A stretch of 64,000 nt of DNA from an uncultured Acidimicrobiia bacterium (GTDB lineage: Bacteria; Acidobacteriota; Terriglobia; Versatilivoradales; Versatilivoraceae), in the NCBI GenBank assembly GCA_963752385.1, contig CAVVYL010000065.1, positions 274,571 to 338,570 on the forward strand, written 5' to 3'. Both the position numbers and the translations under genes were made by a program. Shown here in pieces: positions 20,480-29,930 of the stretch. Below the pieces are notes generated by a model, which saw nothing but the letters and a program-made list of their open reading frames with translations, was not told where the DNA came from and made no database searches. The stretch's first letter is position 1; the number at the start of each line of letters is the position of its first letter.

Positions 20480-20973
20480 TGAATACAGGTCGGCGTCACG
20501 AAAGTTTGATCCCCCTTTCTCGCGAGCATCACTACGGTCTGCTGGTCTGTCTGCGAATCCATCGCGGCATTGTGAAGCACCATACTGATCCGGATTGGCT
20601 CAGCGAACGTGCCGAGAGGGTGATCCGCTTCGAGAGTGATCTGAAAACCCACTTTGAAGCGGAAGAGAAGATCGTATTTCCGGCCATGCTCGAAATTGAG
20701 GAAGCCGGCACGGTCATCGAGCAGTTGATCAAGGAGCACCGGGCCGTCACCAGGCTTGTCGAGCGGCTGAGGCGATCTAGGGGTTTGCAGCTGGCTCCAC
20801 TGCTCCGGGAGTTTGCGGATCTCCTCGAAGCTCATATCCGGCAGGAAGAACGTGTCCTGTTTCCCTGTTACGAGCGGAACATCTCGGCCAAAGAAGCGGG
20901 GCAGGTGAAGATTCAGATTCTGCAAGTCATTGGTAGTGCAATGAAACCTAAGAACCCTGTCCTTTTGGAATGA
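20479..20973 (+). CDS. hemerythrin HHE cation-binding domain protein
   Basis: 164 aa with paired H/E motifs (REHHYGL...HFEAEEKIVFP...EHR...HIRQEERVLFP). Its start overlaps the stop of the preceding gene (ATGA). Confidence 0.7.
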   Translation: MNTGRRHESLIPLSREHHYGLLVCLRIHRGIVKHHTDPDWLSERAERVIRFESDLKTHFEAEEKIVFPAMLEIEEAGTVIEQLIKEHRAVTRLVERLRRSRGLQLAPLLREFADLLEAHIRQEERVLFPCYERNISAKEAGQVKIQILQVIGSAMKPKNPVLLE

Positions 20974-21147
20974 GAAATGAAGCCTCAATCGAGCTGCAGA
21001 GCAACCGCCGGCTTCCTGTGGATGTGAATGGAGCCCAGGCTCAGATGTACATCGTCAATCTGGGCGTCGCGTCTTTGTTCAGCACTCACGCCTCGCCCTG
21101 TCTTTCGAGAGCATTTTCCCAAGGTGGTCTTGCTCGCCAGCCTTATA

Positions 21148-21861
21148 ATGCGGGCTATGCACATCAAACTAGAAAAGGCAGACCGCATCAACACATTGAG
21201 AAAAGTGTCTTTCTTCTCTCATCTAGAGGATGAGGCGCTGCAGTCCTTGGCAGAAACCGCCGTCCCGAAGGGTTGGAGCAAAGGCGAAATCATTTTCAGT
21301 GAAGGGAGTCCTTGTCCCGGCCTGTTTGTCGTGCATTCAGGAGCGGTAAAGATCTTCAAGACTTCGTTGAAGGGCCGCGAACAGGTCCTCACGATCGAAA
21401 CGACGGGGCGAGCTATCGCCGAATTGGCCGTCCTCGATGAGGGCCCGTATCCGGCTTCGGCGATGGCGATGGAGGAAGCAACCCTGCTGCTGATCCTGAA
21501 ACAGGATTTCCAGAATCTTTGTCGCCACCATCCGGAGATTGGGTTCAGGATCATCAAGGCCCTGGCGGGCCGTTTCCGCAAGCTGGTAGGACTGGTCGAG
21601 GCCTTGGCCTTTCTGGAGGTGGGACAGCGGCTGGCGAAGTTTCTGCTTGAAAAAGCCAGCCAGCCGGAGAAGCACGGCGGGCATGTAGAGTTCACGCTGG
21701 ACCAAAGCCACCAGGAATTGGCCGCGCAGATTGGGACCGTCCGGGAACTCGTGTCCCGTTCCTTCGGACGCTTTCAAGAGCAGGAGATCCTTTCCGTCAA
21801 GAACCGCACCATCACCATTCTGAATATGGAGCGTCTCAAAGAAGAAGCCCACGCGGAGTAA
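21148..21861 (+). CDS. Crp/Fnr-family transcriptional regulator (cNMP-binding + C-terminal HTH)
   Basis: cNMP-binding beta-roll (GEIIFSEGSPCPGLFVVHSGAVKIF...) and a C-terminal HTH (QSHQELAAQIGTVRELVSRSF). There is no N-terminal Cys cluster of the FNR type. Confidence 0.8.
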   Translation: MRAMHIKLEKADRINTLRKVSFFSHLEDEALQSLAETAVPKGWSKGEIIFSEGSPCPGLFVVHSGAVKIFKTSLKGREQVLTIETTGRAIAELAVLDEGPYPASAMAMEEATLLLILKQDFQNLCRHHPEIGFRIIKALAGRFRKLVGLVEALAFLEVGQRLAKFLLEKASQPEKHGGHVEFTLDQSHQELAAQIGTVRELVSRSFGRFQEQEILSVKNRTITILNMERLKEEAHAE

Positions 21862-22022
21862 CTGCTCGATCCGCTTTTTATACCTGCGAAGTTCAAGGAC
21901 TCACCGAACCGCGACAACAAGTGCCACCGTTTGCGAACTCTGGGCCCTCAACCTAGAATCTTCCCATCGCGAGTAAGGATCAACCATCATCCCATTTTCG
22001 AAACCTCCCAATAAGTCAGAGT

Positions 22023-22038
22023 TGTGACTTAGGTCATA
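22023..22038 (+). promoter_or_regulatory. Crp/Fnr-type operator TGTGA-N6-TCATA upstream of NnrS-like gene
   Basis: gtTGTGACttagGTCATAgcaag lies about 75 bp upstream of the ATG at 22116. It shares TGTGAC.TA.GTCATAGCAA with the 18495 site. Confidence 0.55.
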
Positions 22039-22115
22039 GCAAGCGCTGAGTAGCGGCTTTACTATCGAACTCAGGAGCAGAGCGGGATCAGCCAAACCTG
22101 ATCGGAGGGTCATCC

Positions 22116-23948
22116 ATGAAGATAGCCACCAATTGCACAATTCGTGAGCTGCTGGGACGTTTTCCACGGACGCGCTCTGTCTTTGATCGCTACGGACTGA
22201 AGGGCTGCGGCGGGATTGAGGGCCCCACAGAGTCACTAGCCTTCTTCGCTCGGGCCCACGGTGTCGACTTAGATCATCTTTTGCAGGAATTGCAGCAGGC
22301 AGCTGCAAGCCCGGAAGTGGCGCCCGTCCAGGAGGTAGTCAGCCCCGCTGATACCATCTACCGCCGTTTCTTCAAAGCCGGCATTGCGATTACACTCACG
22401 GCAGGAGCGGCGTGGGGTGCGTTGCTACTCATCACCATCGGGTTAAAAGGAAGCTTCACGGCTATCTCGATCTTTGACATCAATGCTCACGGTCATGCCC
22501 AGATCTTTGGATGGGTTGGCCTTTTTGTGATGGGCTTTGCCTACCAGGCTTTCCCGCGCTTCAAACATACATCGCTCTGGAATCCCGGCTTAGCGGTATT
22601 GACGTTTTATCTGATGCTGGGAGGATTGATCTTGCGAGTCATTGGCGAACCGCTCCATCGGTTTGCTCCCCTGTTTTGGATCGGGCTTCTAGGCACGGTA
22701 TTGGAGCTGGCGGCAATCGGCTTGTTCATTCTGATCATTACTAAAACGTTCCGTCGAAGTCAGAAACCGCTCGCTGCTTACGACTACTACATCGGCGCGG
22801 CATTCTTCTGGTTCCTTGCACAAGCCGTCCTGGACCTCTTTCATCTCTACATGACGACCACAGCCCCCACCAGGACACTACTGCTGCAACAAGTGGCTAC
22901 CTGGCAGGCGCCGTTGCGGGACTTGCAGATTCACGGCTTTGCCTTGACGTTAATCCTGGGCGTGAGCCAGCGATTCCTGCACGGCATGTATGGCTTCCCG
23001 GAAATCCCCCGCCTCCGCGCGTTGGGTGTGCTGGTGCCGTTGACAGCCGCTGTAGCCGGTGAAGCCCTTTTCTTTGTGCTTTTTCGAAAGACTGGACAGC
23101 ACCTCTATGCGGGGTTCATGTACGCCTGCATGATGGTGATTGCTGTTTCCGTGGTCGTCCTGACACGCAGTTGGTGGATCCATTTCTGGGGCCGTCCGGC
23201 AGAAGTGCCTGAAGAAATCACAGCCGACCGGGCAGACCGTAGCTTTAAGTTCATTCAAGCGGCCTATGCCTGGTTGCTCGTCTCGCTTGCCATGCTGCTC
23301 TTCGTGCCTGTCTACAACCGGCTCACGGGGCAAGCCTTCTCTCATGCCTTTTATGGGGCCACGCGCCACGCGATTACAGTCGGCTTCATTAGCATGATGA
23401 TTCTCGGGGTAGCCGCCAAAGTGGTCCCGGTGCTGAACGGAGTGGATGCTCGCACCCTGTCACGCCTCTGGCCGCCTTTCATTTTGATAAACGCCGGTTG
23501 CTTCTTGAGAGTCAGCACACAGGTTTTGACTGACCTCGTGCCTGGAGCTTTCTCTGTGATTGGCCTGAGTGGCCTGCTCGAAGTCACTGGCATTGCTGTT
23601 TGGGGAATCGGATTGTACCGAGTGATGAACTCGACGAATGAGCGCCTCCAAACAGTGGTGGCTCGACCTGTTTCGGTCGGTTCCGACGACAAGCCCGGAC
23701 CGGTTGTTGACGCCGCACCAGAATTGTTGGCGGTGTTTGCTCAGTTTGGCTTTGCCTCGCTCCAAAACCCGCTTTTGCGCCGCACGCTGGGGCGGCAGAT
23801 CACGATTCGGCAGGCCTGCCGGATGCACAATGCCAATGAGCCAGCACTGCTGGAGGCACTCAACGCAGCGTTGAGTCGCGGCAAAGAGACCCAAACGAGC
23901 CGTTTCCCCATACTCAATGCCTCAGGCATTCCAGCACCGAGGCGGTGA
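22116..23948 (+). CDS. NnrS-family heme-copper membrane protein with N- and C-terminal DUF1858/ScdA_N-like domains
   Basis: N-terminal MKIATNCTIRELLGRFPRTRSVFDRYGLKGCGG resembles the ScdA_N/DUF1858 fold. The central 12-TM region has HGHAQIFGWVGLFVMGF and other conserved His, which are NnrS hallmarks. The C-terminal APELLAVFAQFGFASLQNPLLRRTLGRQITIRQAC is again DUF1858-like. Confidence 0.7.
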   Translation: MKIATNCTIRELLGRFPRTRSVFDRYGLKGCGGIEGPTESLAFFARAHGVDLDHLLQELQQAAASPEVAPVQEVVSPADTIYRRFFKAGIAITLTAGAAWGALLLITIGLKGSFTAISIFDINAHGHAQIFGWVGLFVMGFAYQAFPRFKHTSLWNPGLAVLTFYLMLGGLILRVIGEPLHRFAPLFWIGLLGTVLELAAIGLFILIITKTFRRSQKPLAAYDYYIGAAFFWFLAQAVLDLFHLYMTTTAPTRTLLLQQVATWQAPLRDLQIHGFALTLILGVSQRFLHGMYGFPEIPRLRALGVLVPLTAAVAGEALFFVLFRKTGQHLYAGFMYACMMVIAVSVVVLTRSWWIHFWGRPAEVPEEITADRADRSFKFIQAAYAWLLVSLAMLLFVPVYNRLTGQAFSHAFYGATRHAITVGFISMMILGVAAKVVPVLNGVDARTLSRLWPPFILINAGCFLRVSTQVLTDLVPGAFSVIGLSGLLEVTGIAVWGIGLYRVMNSTNERLQTVVARPVSVGSDDKPGPVVDAAPELLAVFAQFGFASLQNPLLRRTLGRQITIRQACRMHNANEPALLEALNAALSRGKETQTSRFPILNASGIPAPRR

Positions 23949-24029
23949 TTGCTCTTGTGACGGCCAGTGCCGATTGTTTTCTGCCAAAGCAACTGACCGC
24001 TGGCTGAAATCATCGCCTCCGCGCGCTTC

Positions 24030-24731
24030 CTAAGGCAGCGGCTTTGCAATGATGCGAAAGCCCAGGTAGGCCGCGCTGACTTCTGGCTGGAATGTTTCCC
24101 GGTAGGGCAAATAAAGGATCGCGATGCTGGCGCTGTACCACGAACCGCCGCGCACCACGCGCCTTCCGCCTGCATTTTCACGATTGCGCCCATCGTTGTC
24201 CAAATAGGGATAGTCGCGGCTGAAGGTTCGGTCCAGGGTTGCGGTCCACTCGGCCACGTTGCCCGACATGTGATAGAGTCCGTACCGATTCCCGGTGAAA
24301 CGCAGGCGTGTTTCCCGGAGCCCGACAACGGTGACCTCGGCAGAGGGATTCTTTTTCCAGTTATAGAAATCGACCTCCCCATCGCTCACCAGGCTGCTGA
24401 GCCCGTAATCAAAACTGTCCGGCCCGCGTGCGCCTTTTTCCCACTCGCCCTCTGTCGGCAGTGCAAACAACCACCGGCCTTTTCCCAGCGTTCTTGTCAG
24501 CCAGCGGCAGTAAGCGCTGGCCTCGTACCAGTTGACACCGGTCACCGGCTGATCGCTCTGTCCGAAGCGCGCGTACTCGGCATCCCCCGGTCTGAGTTGG
24601 GCTGAAGCCTCAGTGGGCTTTGACGATCTCCACTGCCTTCCGGCTTCAGACCAGTTGGCGTCGTTAGGGTAACCATCCTGGTTCCGCAGAAAGGCCCGAA
24701 ACTCGGCATTGCTCACTTCAAACCGGTTCAT
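24030..24731 (-). CDS. formylglycine-generating-enzyme (FGE-sulfatase/SUMF1) domain protein, possibly N-terminally truncated
   Basis: NRFEVSNAEFRAFL, GVNWYEASAYCRWL, LPTEGEWEKGARG, GNVAEWT, RGGSWYS and YLGFRI are all FGE-sulfatase domain motifs. Confidence 0.7.
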   Translation of the reverse strand: MNRFEVSNAEFRAFLRNQDGYPNDANWSEAGRQWRSSKPTEASAQLRPGDAEYARFGQSDQPVTGVNWYEASAYCRWLTRTLGKGRWLFALPTEGEWEKGARGPDSFDYGLSSLVSDGEVDFYNWKKNPSAEVTVVGLRETRLRFTGNRYGLYHMSGNVAEWTATLDRTFSRDYPYLDNDGRNRENAGGRRVVRGGSWYSASIAILYLPYRETFQPEVSAAYLGFRIIAKPLP

Positions 24732-25149
24732 GAAGTTAGGAAAGTTGCCAGCTCGTGGAGGGTCATGTCGTCTCTGACAGACAGTACCCTAGGATTCATG
24801 ACATCCTTTGCCGTGAGATTGCTCATAGAAGCCCCCTTTGCAGAATGGAAATCGCCGGCAGATACACAGTGGTTATGGACATACGAAACCGGCCCACCTT
24901 CTGCAAAGCACTTCTGCTTCCAGAGTCAAGTCGCGAAGCTTCGTCGAGATCCCTGCCCCAAGCGCCTCATGGCATAAGGGCTTGCCGGATGACTGCCTAG
25001 ATGTCGGTTAGAGCAGGCAACCTATCTGCGCGCTCTTCAGCCTGGCCCTGATTGCCAGCGGATTCATCTTGCTTCCATGGCCACTCTAGAGATTAGTGCT
25101 AGCGTCTCACGCAACTCCTCGCCGGAGTCCCACTCTGCACCTGGCGTTT

Positions 25150-25392
25150 CCACCCACTCGCGTCATATCCCCCATTTTTCCAGCCTGCTGGAATTACCTC
25201 AACCTCCAGTCTTTTGAACAAGTGTAGCTTGGCAAGCAAGGTGCCTTATCCAAGGAAGGAAGAGGCGATTGGTCTTACGCGCGACCTCATTGTTCAGGAT
25301 TCGGCGTTCCCATTCGACTTTGCACCAAGGTAGACACTGCATGAAAACGGCGCAGGGTCACAGATCGATGGAAATGAGGTAGCAGTAATCAT
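25150..25392 (+). repeat. direct repeat copy 1 (promoter + degraded PFOR-leader)
   Basis: About 70-75% identical to 25893-26120. It shares ccacccRctcgcgtcatatccccc and tttggcaaRcaaggtgcc. The leader is degraded here to MKTAQGHRSMEMR*. Confidence 0.6.
25230..25244 (+). promoter_or_regulatory. candidate sigma-54 promoter (TGGCA-N7-TGC, GG/GC spacing 10)
   Basis: cTTGGCAagcaaggTGCc compared with the consensus TGGCAC-N5-TTGC. It is conserved in both repeat copies. Confidence 0.45.
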
Positions 25393-25892
25393 GAAGTTGC
25401 GTAGGGGGTAGAGAGATGACAGGAAAAAGAAGCGGAGGAGTCGCGGCCCCCACGAAGTCGATTTGGAACCTGTGTGCCCAAAGCTATTGGATCAGAGGAG
25501 TGCCTCCTCTCGCGAGGTCCACGAACACCACGCTGGACCAACACTCGGCGAGCTCAGGCAGCCAGGCAACAGCGCTCGCCAAAGGACCCCAATTCGTCGC
25601 CGTCGCGACTCGAACTAATTCTGAGTCAGCGCTTGAGCACCGACAGAGAATTGTCGTGTGGTCGCTCATCGCATTGCTATGGATCCTTTCGGCGCTGGCT
25701 GTCATGATACTCTTGGAGAAGGCGGCATCTTGAGATCCTGACGCGGCTGAAATCATGCAATTGTCCTCCCGGATTGAAACAGTTGATGGCTTTCCCAGGA
25801 AGTTGATCTCGCCACGCATCACTTTGCACTCGGACAATCAGACGGGCGATCGGCGTATCCTTTCTTTAGGGCGCTGCTTCTGCTCCTGCCTT

Positions 25893-26120
25893 TCCCACCC
25901 GCTCGCGTCATATCCCCCACCTGCGAATCTGTTGGAATGACCTGAAGCACCAATCTTTTCAACAAATACAATTTGGCAAACAAGGTGCCTCTTTGAGGGT
26001 CAGGATGAAGTGATGGGGCCTTTTACGCGCGGTCTTCGGCATTCCCATTCGACTTTGGCGTGACGGGAGGTAATTCATGGAACGACGCAGGGTCACGATC
26101 GACGGAAACGAAGCAGCAGC
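25893..26120 (+). repeat. direct repeat copy 2 (promoter + intact PFOR-like leader start)
   Basis: See copy 1. The repeat period is about 743 bp. Confidence 0.6.
25974..25988 (+). promoter_or_regulatory. candidate sigma-54 promoter (TGGCA-N7-TGC)
   Basis: tTTGGCAaacaaggTGCc, about 250 bp upstream of the DHOD-like gene. Confidence 0.45.
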
Positions 26121-26235
26121 ATCTGTCGCCCATCGAACAAACGAAGTCATTGCCATCTATCCTATTACAGCCCCGCTGAACCGCCAGCTTAGGGTCGTCA
26201 GAGCGCAGCGCGGGGTGTGCGAAAAGAAAAGGTGA
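26077..26235 (+). other. 52-codon ORF encoding the N-terminal 29 residues of a PFOR/NifJ-type pyruvate:ferredoxin oxidoreductase followed by unrelated sequence; ends 5 nt before the next ATG
   Basis: MERRRVTIDGNEAAASVAHRTNEVIAIYPIT matches the PFOR N-terminus (M..TxDGN.AAA.VAY..SEVAAIYPITPSS). It then diverges ([21 protein letters not shown]). The stop TGA is at 26233-26235 and the downstream ATG at 26241. Confidence 0.6.
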
Positions 26236-26240
26236 AGTCC

Positions 26241-27233
26241 ATGGACCTGACAACGACTTACCTGGGACTCAAGCTGAGAACGCCGCTGGTCCCATCAGCC
26301 TGTGGTCCGCTCTCCAACAGTCTTGGCAAGATCAGAGGGCTTGAGGATGCGGGTGCATCGGCTATCGTGATGTACTCGTTATTTGAAGAGGAGCTTCTTC
26401 ACGAGGCTCAAAAACTTGACCATTACTTGACTTATGGATCCTACAGCTACGCGGAAGCCTTGAGCTATTTTCCCGAGCCCAAAGACTACGAGCTGGATCC
26501 TGATCGCTATCTGAAACACCTCTACAACGCCAAGCGAGCCGTCGGAGTTCCTGTAATCGGCAGCCTCAATGGAGTTTCCACCGGTGGCTGGGTGAAGTTT
26601 GCCAAGGAGATTGAACAGACGGGAGCTGATGCGCTGGAACTGAATATCTATTACGTTCCCACCGACCTCGACCTCCCTGGCATTGAAGTCGAGCAGATGT
26701 ACGTCAATGTCCTGGAAGACGTGAAGCGCACAGTCAAAATTCCGGTAGCCATCAAACTGGGACCCTTTTTCAGCAACATGGCTCACATGGCAAAGCGCTT
26801 GGTCAACGCTGGGGCGGATGGCTTGGTGTTGTTCAACCGGTTCTACCAGCCGGACATCGATCTGAAGCAATTGGAAGTGGTCCCGAATGTTCTGTTGAGT
26901 ACACCGCAGGCGATGCGCCTCCCCTTGCGCTGGATTGCGATTCTCTACGGGCGGCTTCAAGTGAGTCTGGCGGCCACCGGCGGCATTCATAACTCTGAAG
27001 ATGTCGTCAAGATGCTGATGGCCGGGGCGGACGTCACCATGCTGTGCTCAGCTCTTTTGAAAAATGGCATCGGTTGGATAAGGCAGGTAGAGAAGGATGT
27101 CGTTCGATGGATGGAAGAGCACGAGTACACGTCTGTCGAGCAGATGAAAGGAAGCATGAGCCAGAAATCCTGTCCACACCCGTCTGCCTTTGAACGCGCG
27201 AACTACATGAAGGCACTGAAGAGTTATGTGTGA
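26241..27233 (+). CDS. dihydroorotate dehydrogenase-like (DHO_dh family TIM-barrel flavoprotein)
   Basis: [28 protein letters not shown]...[14 protein letters not shown] matches the dihydroorotate dehydrogenase-like protein family. The C-terminal region has [21 protein letters not shown]. Confidence 0.7.
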   Translation: MDLTTTYLGLKLRTPLVPSACGPLSNSLGKIRGLEDAGASAIVMYSLFEEELLHEAQKLDHYLTYGSYSYAEALSYFPEPKDYELDPDRYLKHLYNAKRAVGVPVIGSLNGVSTGGWVKFAKEIEQTGADALELNIYYVPTDLDLPGIEVEQMYVNVLEDVKRTVKIPVAIKLGPFFSNMAHMAKRLVNAGADGLVLFNRFYQPDIDLKQLEVVPNVLLSTPQAMRLPLRWIAILYGRLQVSLAATGGIHNSEDVVKMLMAGADVTMLCSALLKNGIGWIRQVEKDVVRWMEEHEYTSVEQMKGSMSQKSCPHPSAFERANYMKALKSYV

Positions 27234-27391
27234 AGGATTCCTGAAGCTGCGATTCTGCCCAGAGGCACTGGGCTGATCGGCAATCTTTCCCAACCGTGAT
27301 CGCTACGGAGGGGCGAGGCTGCCGGAATGTGATCTTCGGGCGCTGAGACCCTTCGCACTAGATCGATTCGGGACGCCGGAAAGGAGACACC

Positions 27392-28145
27392 ATGAAGGTT
27401 GCTACCACAAGCAAGACTGTCCGAGAGTTCGCTCTCAAGCTCCCAGGAGCTACATGGGTCTTTGAGAAGTTAGGAATTGACTGTTGCCGTGGGAGCGGCA
27501 GGGAGCGCCGGGAGGCCTGACCAGAATGGGGGTGTTGCTGAAGAGAAAGTCGTGGCGCAGGAGGCCAGCGAAGCTGCGACTTGTCCGGAAGGCGAGCGAG
27601 ATTGGAGCACAGCTCCGCTTTCGGCTCTGACGAGCTACATTGTAACCAAACACCACAAATTCACTCGCGAAGAGCTCCCAAGACTCATCCAATTGCATGT
27701 CAAGGTGTGTTCGGTCGATGGCCAGCATCATCCGGAGTTGGTACCCATTCACTCGATTCTCCATGAGCTGCAGCAGGAACTGACGAGTCAGATGCTGAAA
27801 GAAGAGCAGATTCTTTTCCCCTACATTGAGCAGCTGGAAGAGGCGGCTGGTCGCGGGAAGCCCGTTCCCACGCCGTTCCCTTGTGGAACCTTACGGAACC
27901 CGATTGAGTCGATGATGCAGGAACACGAACAAACCGAACAGGCACTGCGTCGCCTGCGTGAGATCAGCTCCAACTATGCCGTTCCGGCGGACGCCAGCAT
28001 CATCTTGCGCACGCTCTATGAGGCGCTGGAATACTTCGAGAAGGACCTTCATCAGCACATCCATCTTGAGAACGACATCGTATTCCCAAGGGCCGCGGAA
28101 CTGGAGGGCCTGACCCGGACAAGCAGCAACCAAAGAGAACAGTAA
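27392..28145 (+). CDS. RIC/YtfE-like di-iron protein, copy 2 (ScdA_N + hemerythrin; frame change near 27505-27520)
   Basis: 27392-27520 encodes MKVATTSKTVREFALKLPGATWVFEKLGIDCCRGSGRERREA*. The +1 frame reads ...GVAEEKVVAQEASEAATCPEGERDWSTAPLSALTSYIVTKHHKF...EEQILFPYIE...HIHLENDIVFP. Confidence 0.7.
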
Positions 28146-28293
28146 ACCGCGAAGTCGCGAAGAAAGTATTCTGGGCCTGTAGTAACGCACACCTCACCTC
28201 CCCGATTGCTCGGCCTTCTCATTCCGTCTACAGACTGCGTGCGTTGAACCTTTGATCAGGCTCGCTGCGTCTTCAGTAGATCGGGGAGGATAT

Positions 28294-28761
28294 TCACCTT
28301 GGGACGCGGCCTCGCCGTTGAAGCCACCACCTCATGCATTTGTGTCCAAAGTCGACTGGATCGCAGAACATGAGCGGACAACCTCCGACGAGACAGTGGA
28401 TGCCGCGTGCTTCGCACTCGCGAACGGCTTGCTCGGACACACTACCGTTTCCGAAGGAACGGTGGAACCAAACTCGGCCTACCTCATGTTGGCTGCACTG
28501 CCGTACGACATCGACCGAGACAGCGGGATGAGTGGCAATCACGACGCCGTCAACTGGAACCTGGATCGCGGCCAAGTTCGGATAGCAGCGTACGCCTTCC
28601 ACTTCGGAGCAGTTTGGGTTGATCGGAAAGACCTCGTATCCGCAATCCTTCAGCTTACGATAGACAGCGTTGGCCGCCTGGTTCACGTGACGGGAAACGC
28701 CCGCCACCGCCATGCGCCTTCCGCTAAGAAACTGGGCTACTGATTCGGGAACTCTTGCCAT
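28294..28761 (-). CDS. CoA-binding domain protein (YccU-like)
   Basis: MAVAGVSRHVNQAANAVYRKLKDCGYEVFPINP....VDGVVIATHPAVSVDVVRQC is the CoA_binding_2 pattern. Confidence 0.7.
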   Translation of the reverse strand: MARVPESVAQFLSGRRMAVAGVSRHVNQAANAVYRKLKDCGYEVFPINPNCSEVEGVRCYPNLAAIQVPVDGVVIATHPAVSVDVVRQCSQHEVGRVWFHRSFGNGSVSEQAVRECEARGIHCLVGGCPLMFCDPVDFGHKCMRWWLQRRGRVPR

Positions 28762-28936
28762 TGATCATCCCCCTTCGTAGGAGCTGCCTAACATCTATGG
28801 CGAATGGAGTGGAGTCTCACCGGATGTCGCCAGGCGCTCCTGCTCGGTTTCAAGAGGAGGTCCTTTCTTTCCAAGGCTAGTCCAAGTCCAAGCGCTCTGG
28901 CGATCAAGGCATTCCGCAAAGAAATGGATGCGTTCG

Positions 28937-29930
28937 CTACGGACGGAAGTCCATCCCTTTGTCTCCTCCTGCGTGGCTCGCGGCCGCCGTCACCCAGGGC
29001 TCTGAATGCTCTTCTTTCTGTGGGACAAGCCAAACAGGGCAGGGACTCTGATGAAGAACTCCTTGCGAATTGGCGCCAAAGATCATCCGGTCGACCACGT
29101 TCTTGGCATGGGCGCCCATGACAATAAGCGTCGCCCGTGCGCTGTGGGCATAGGCAATAATCTCATGGACGACTGACCCCATCCGCACTTCGAATTTCAC
29201 ACGGCTCAGATACTCTGTTGGAACCAATGCCTTCAACCGCTCCAGAGAAGCGGTGATTCTTTGATGCCTCTGCTCTTCGAAATGCAGGGAGTGGCCCACG
29301 GCTCGAAAGTCATCCAGCGCCAACGGGGCCTCGACGTGTAACAGATGCAGCCTCAGGGGCAGCACGTCCATCAGGCTCAAGGCATACTCCAACGCATGCA
29401 GGGAATGGGTAGAGAAATCCATCGGCAGCACCACAGTTTGGAGCGAGCAGGCATCCCTGAAGTCCGGGAGCACAGTTGCCGAGGTAGTTTCTCTGGTTTC
29501 TCTGGTAGTGAGGACCGGACACGGTGAGTGAGCCAAGACACGATCAGTATGGGAAGTATGCTCAGCACTGCTGGGATCATGAGTTCCCATCACAATGAGA
29601 TCTGCCGGAAGCTGCCGGGCCAGGTGCAGGATACATTCATCCAGTTTCCCAAAAGTGATCCTTCCCTCATACTTGATCGATTTGGGGAGTTTCTCGAAAG
29701 CCGCTTTGAGCAGACGGGAAGCTTGAGCCTCCCTTTCTTCTTCTGGGTACATGTGGGTTTCGGAATACATCCACGCGTTGGCTAGGAAGACGGGAGGCAC
29801 GTCATCGATATTATGCTGGACCATCATCCTGGCGCCGAATCGCTCGCAAATTTGTGCGGCTAGCCTGAGTTCTCTGTCTGAGAGCGTTGAAAAATCAACG
29901 GGGCAAAGAACCGTCTTTATGTCCATCATG
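28937..29930 (-). CDS. tandem universal stress protein (two Usp domains)
   Basis: MMDIKTVLCPVDFSTLSDRELRLAAQ... A second Usp domain (VVLPMDFSTHSLHALEYA...) ends in VMGAHAKNVVDRMIFGANSQGVLHQSPCPVWLV. Confidence 0.75.

Noticed and set aside
19753-28145. Conserved programmed +1 ribosomal frameshift shared by both RIC paralogs
   Set aside because: The two shift sites fall at non-homologous positions of the protein. There is no slippery codon allowing tRNA re-pairing (CCG-UGA and GCC-UGA). Simple indels or independent decay are more parsimonious.
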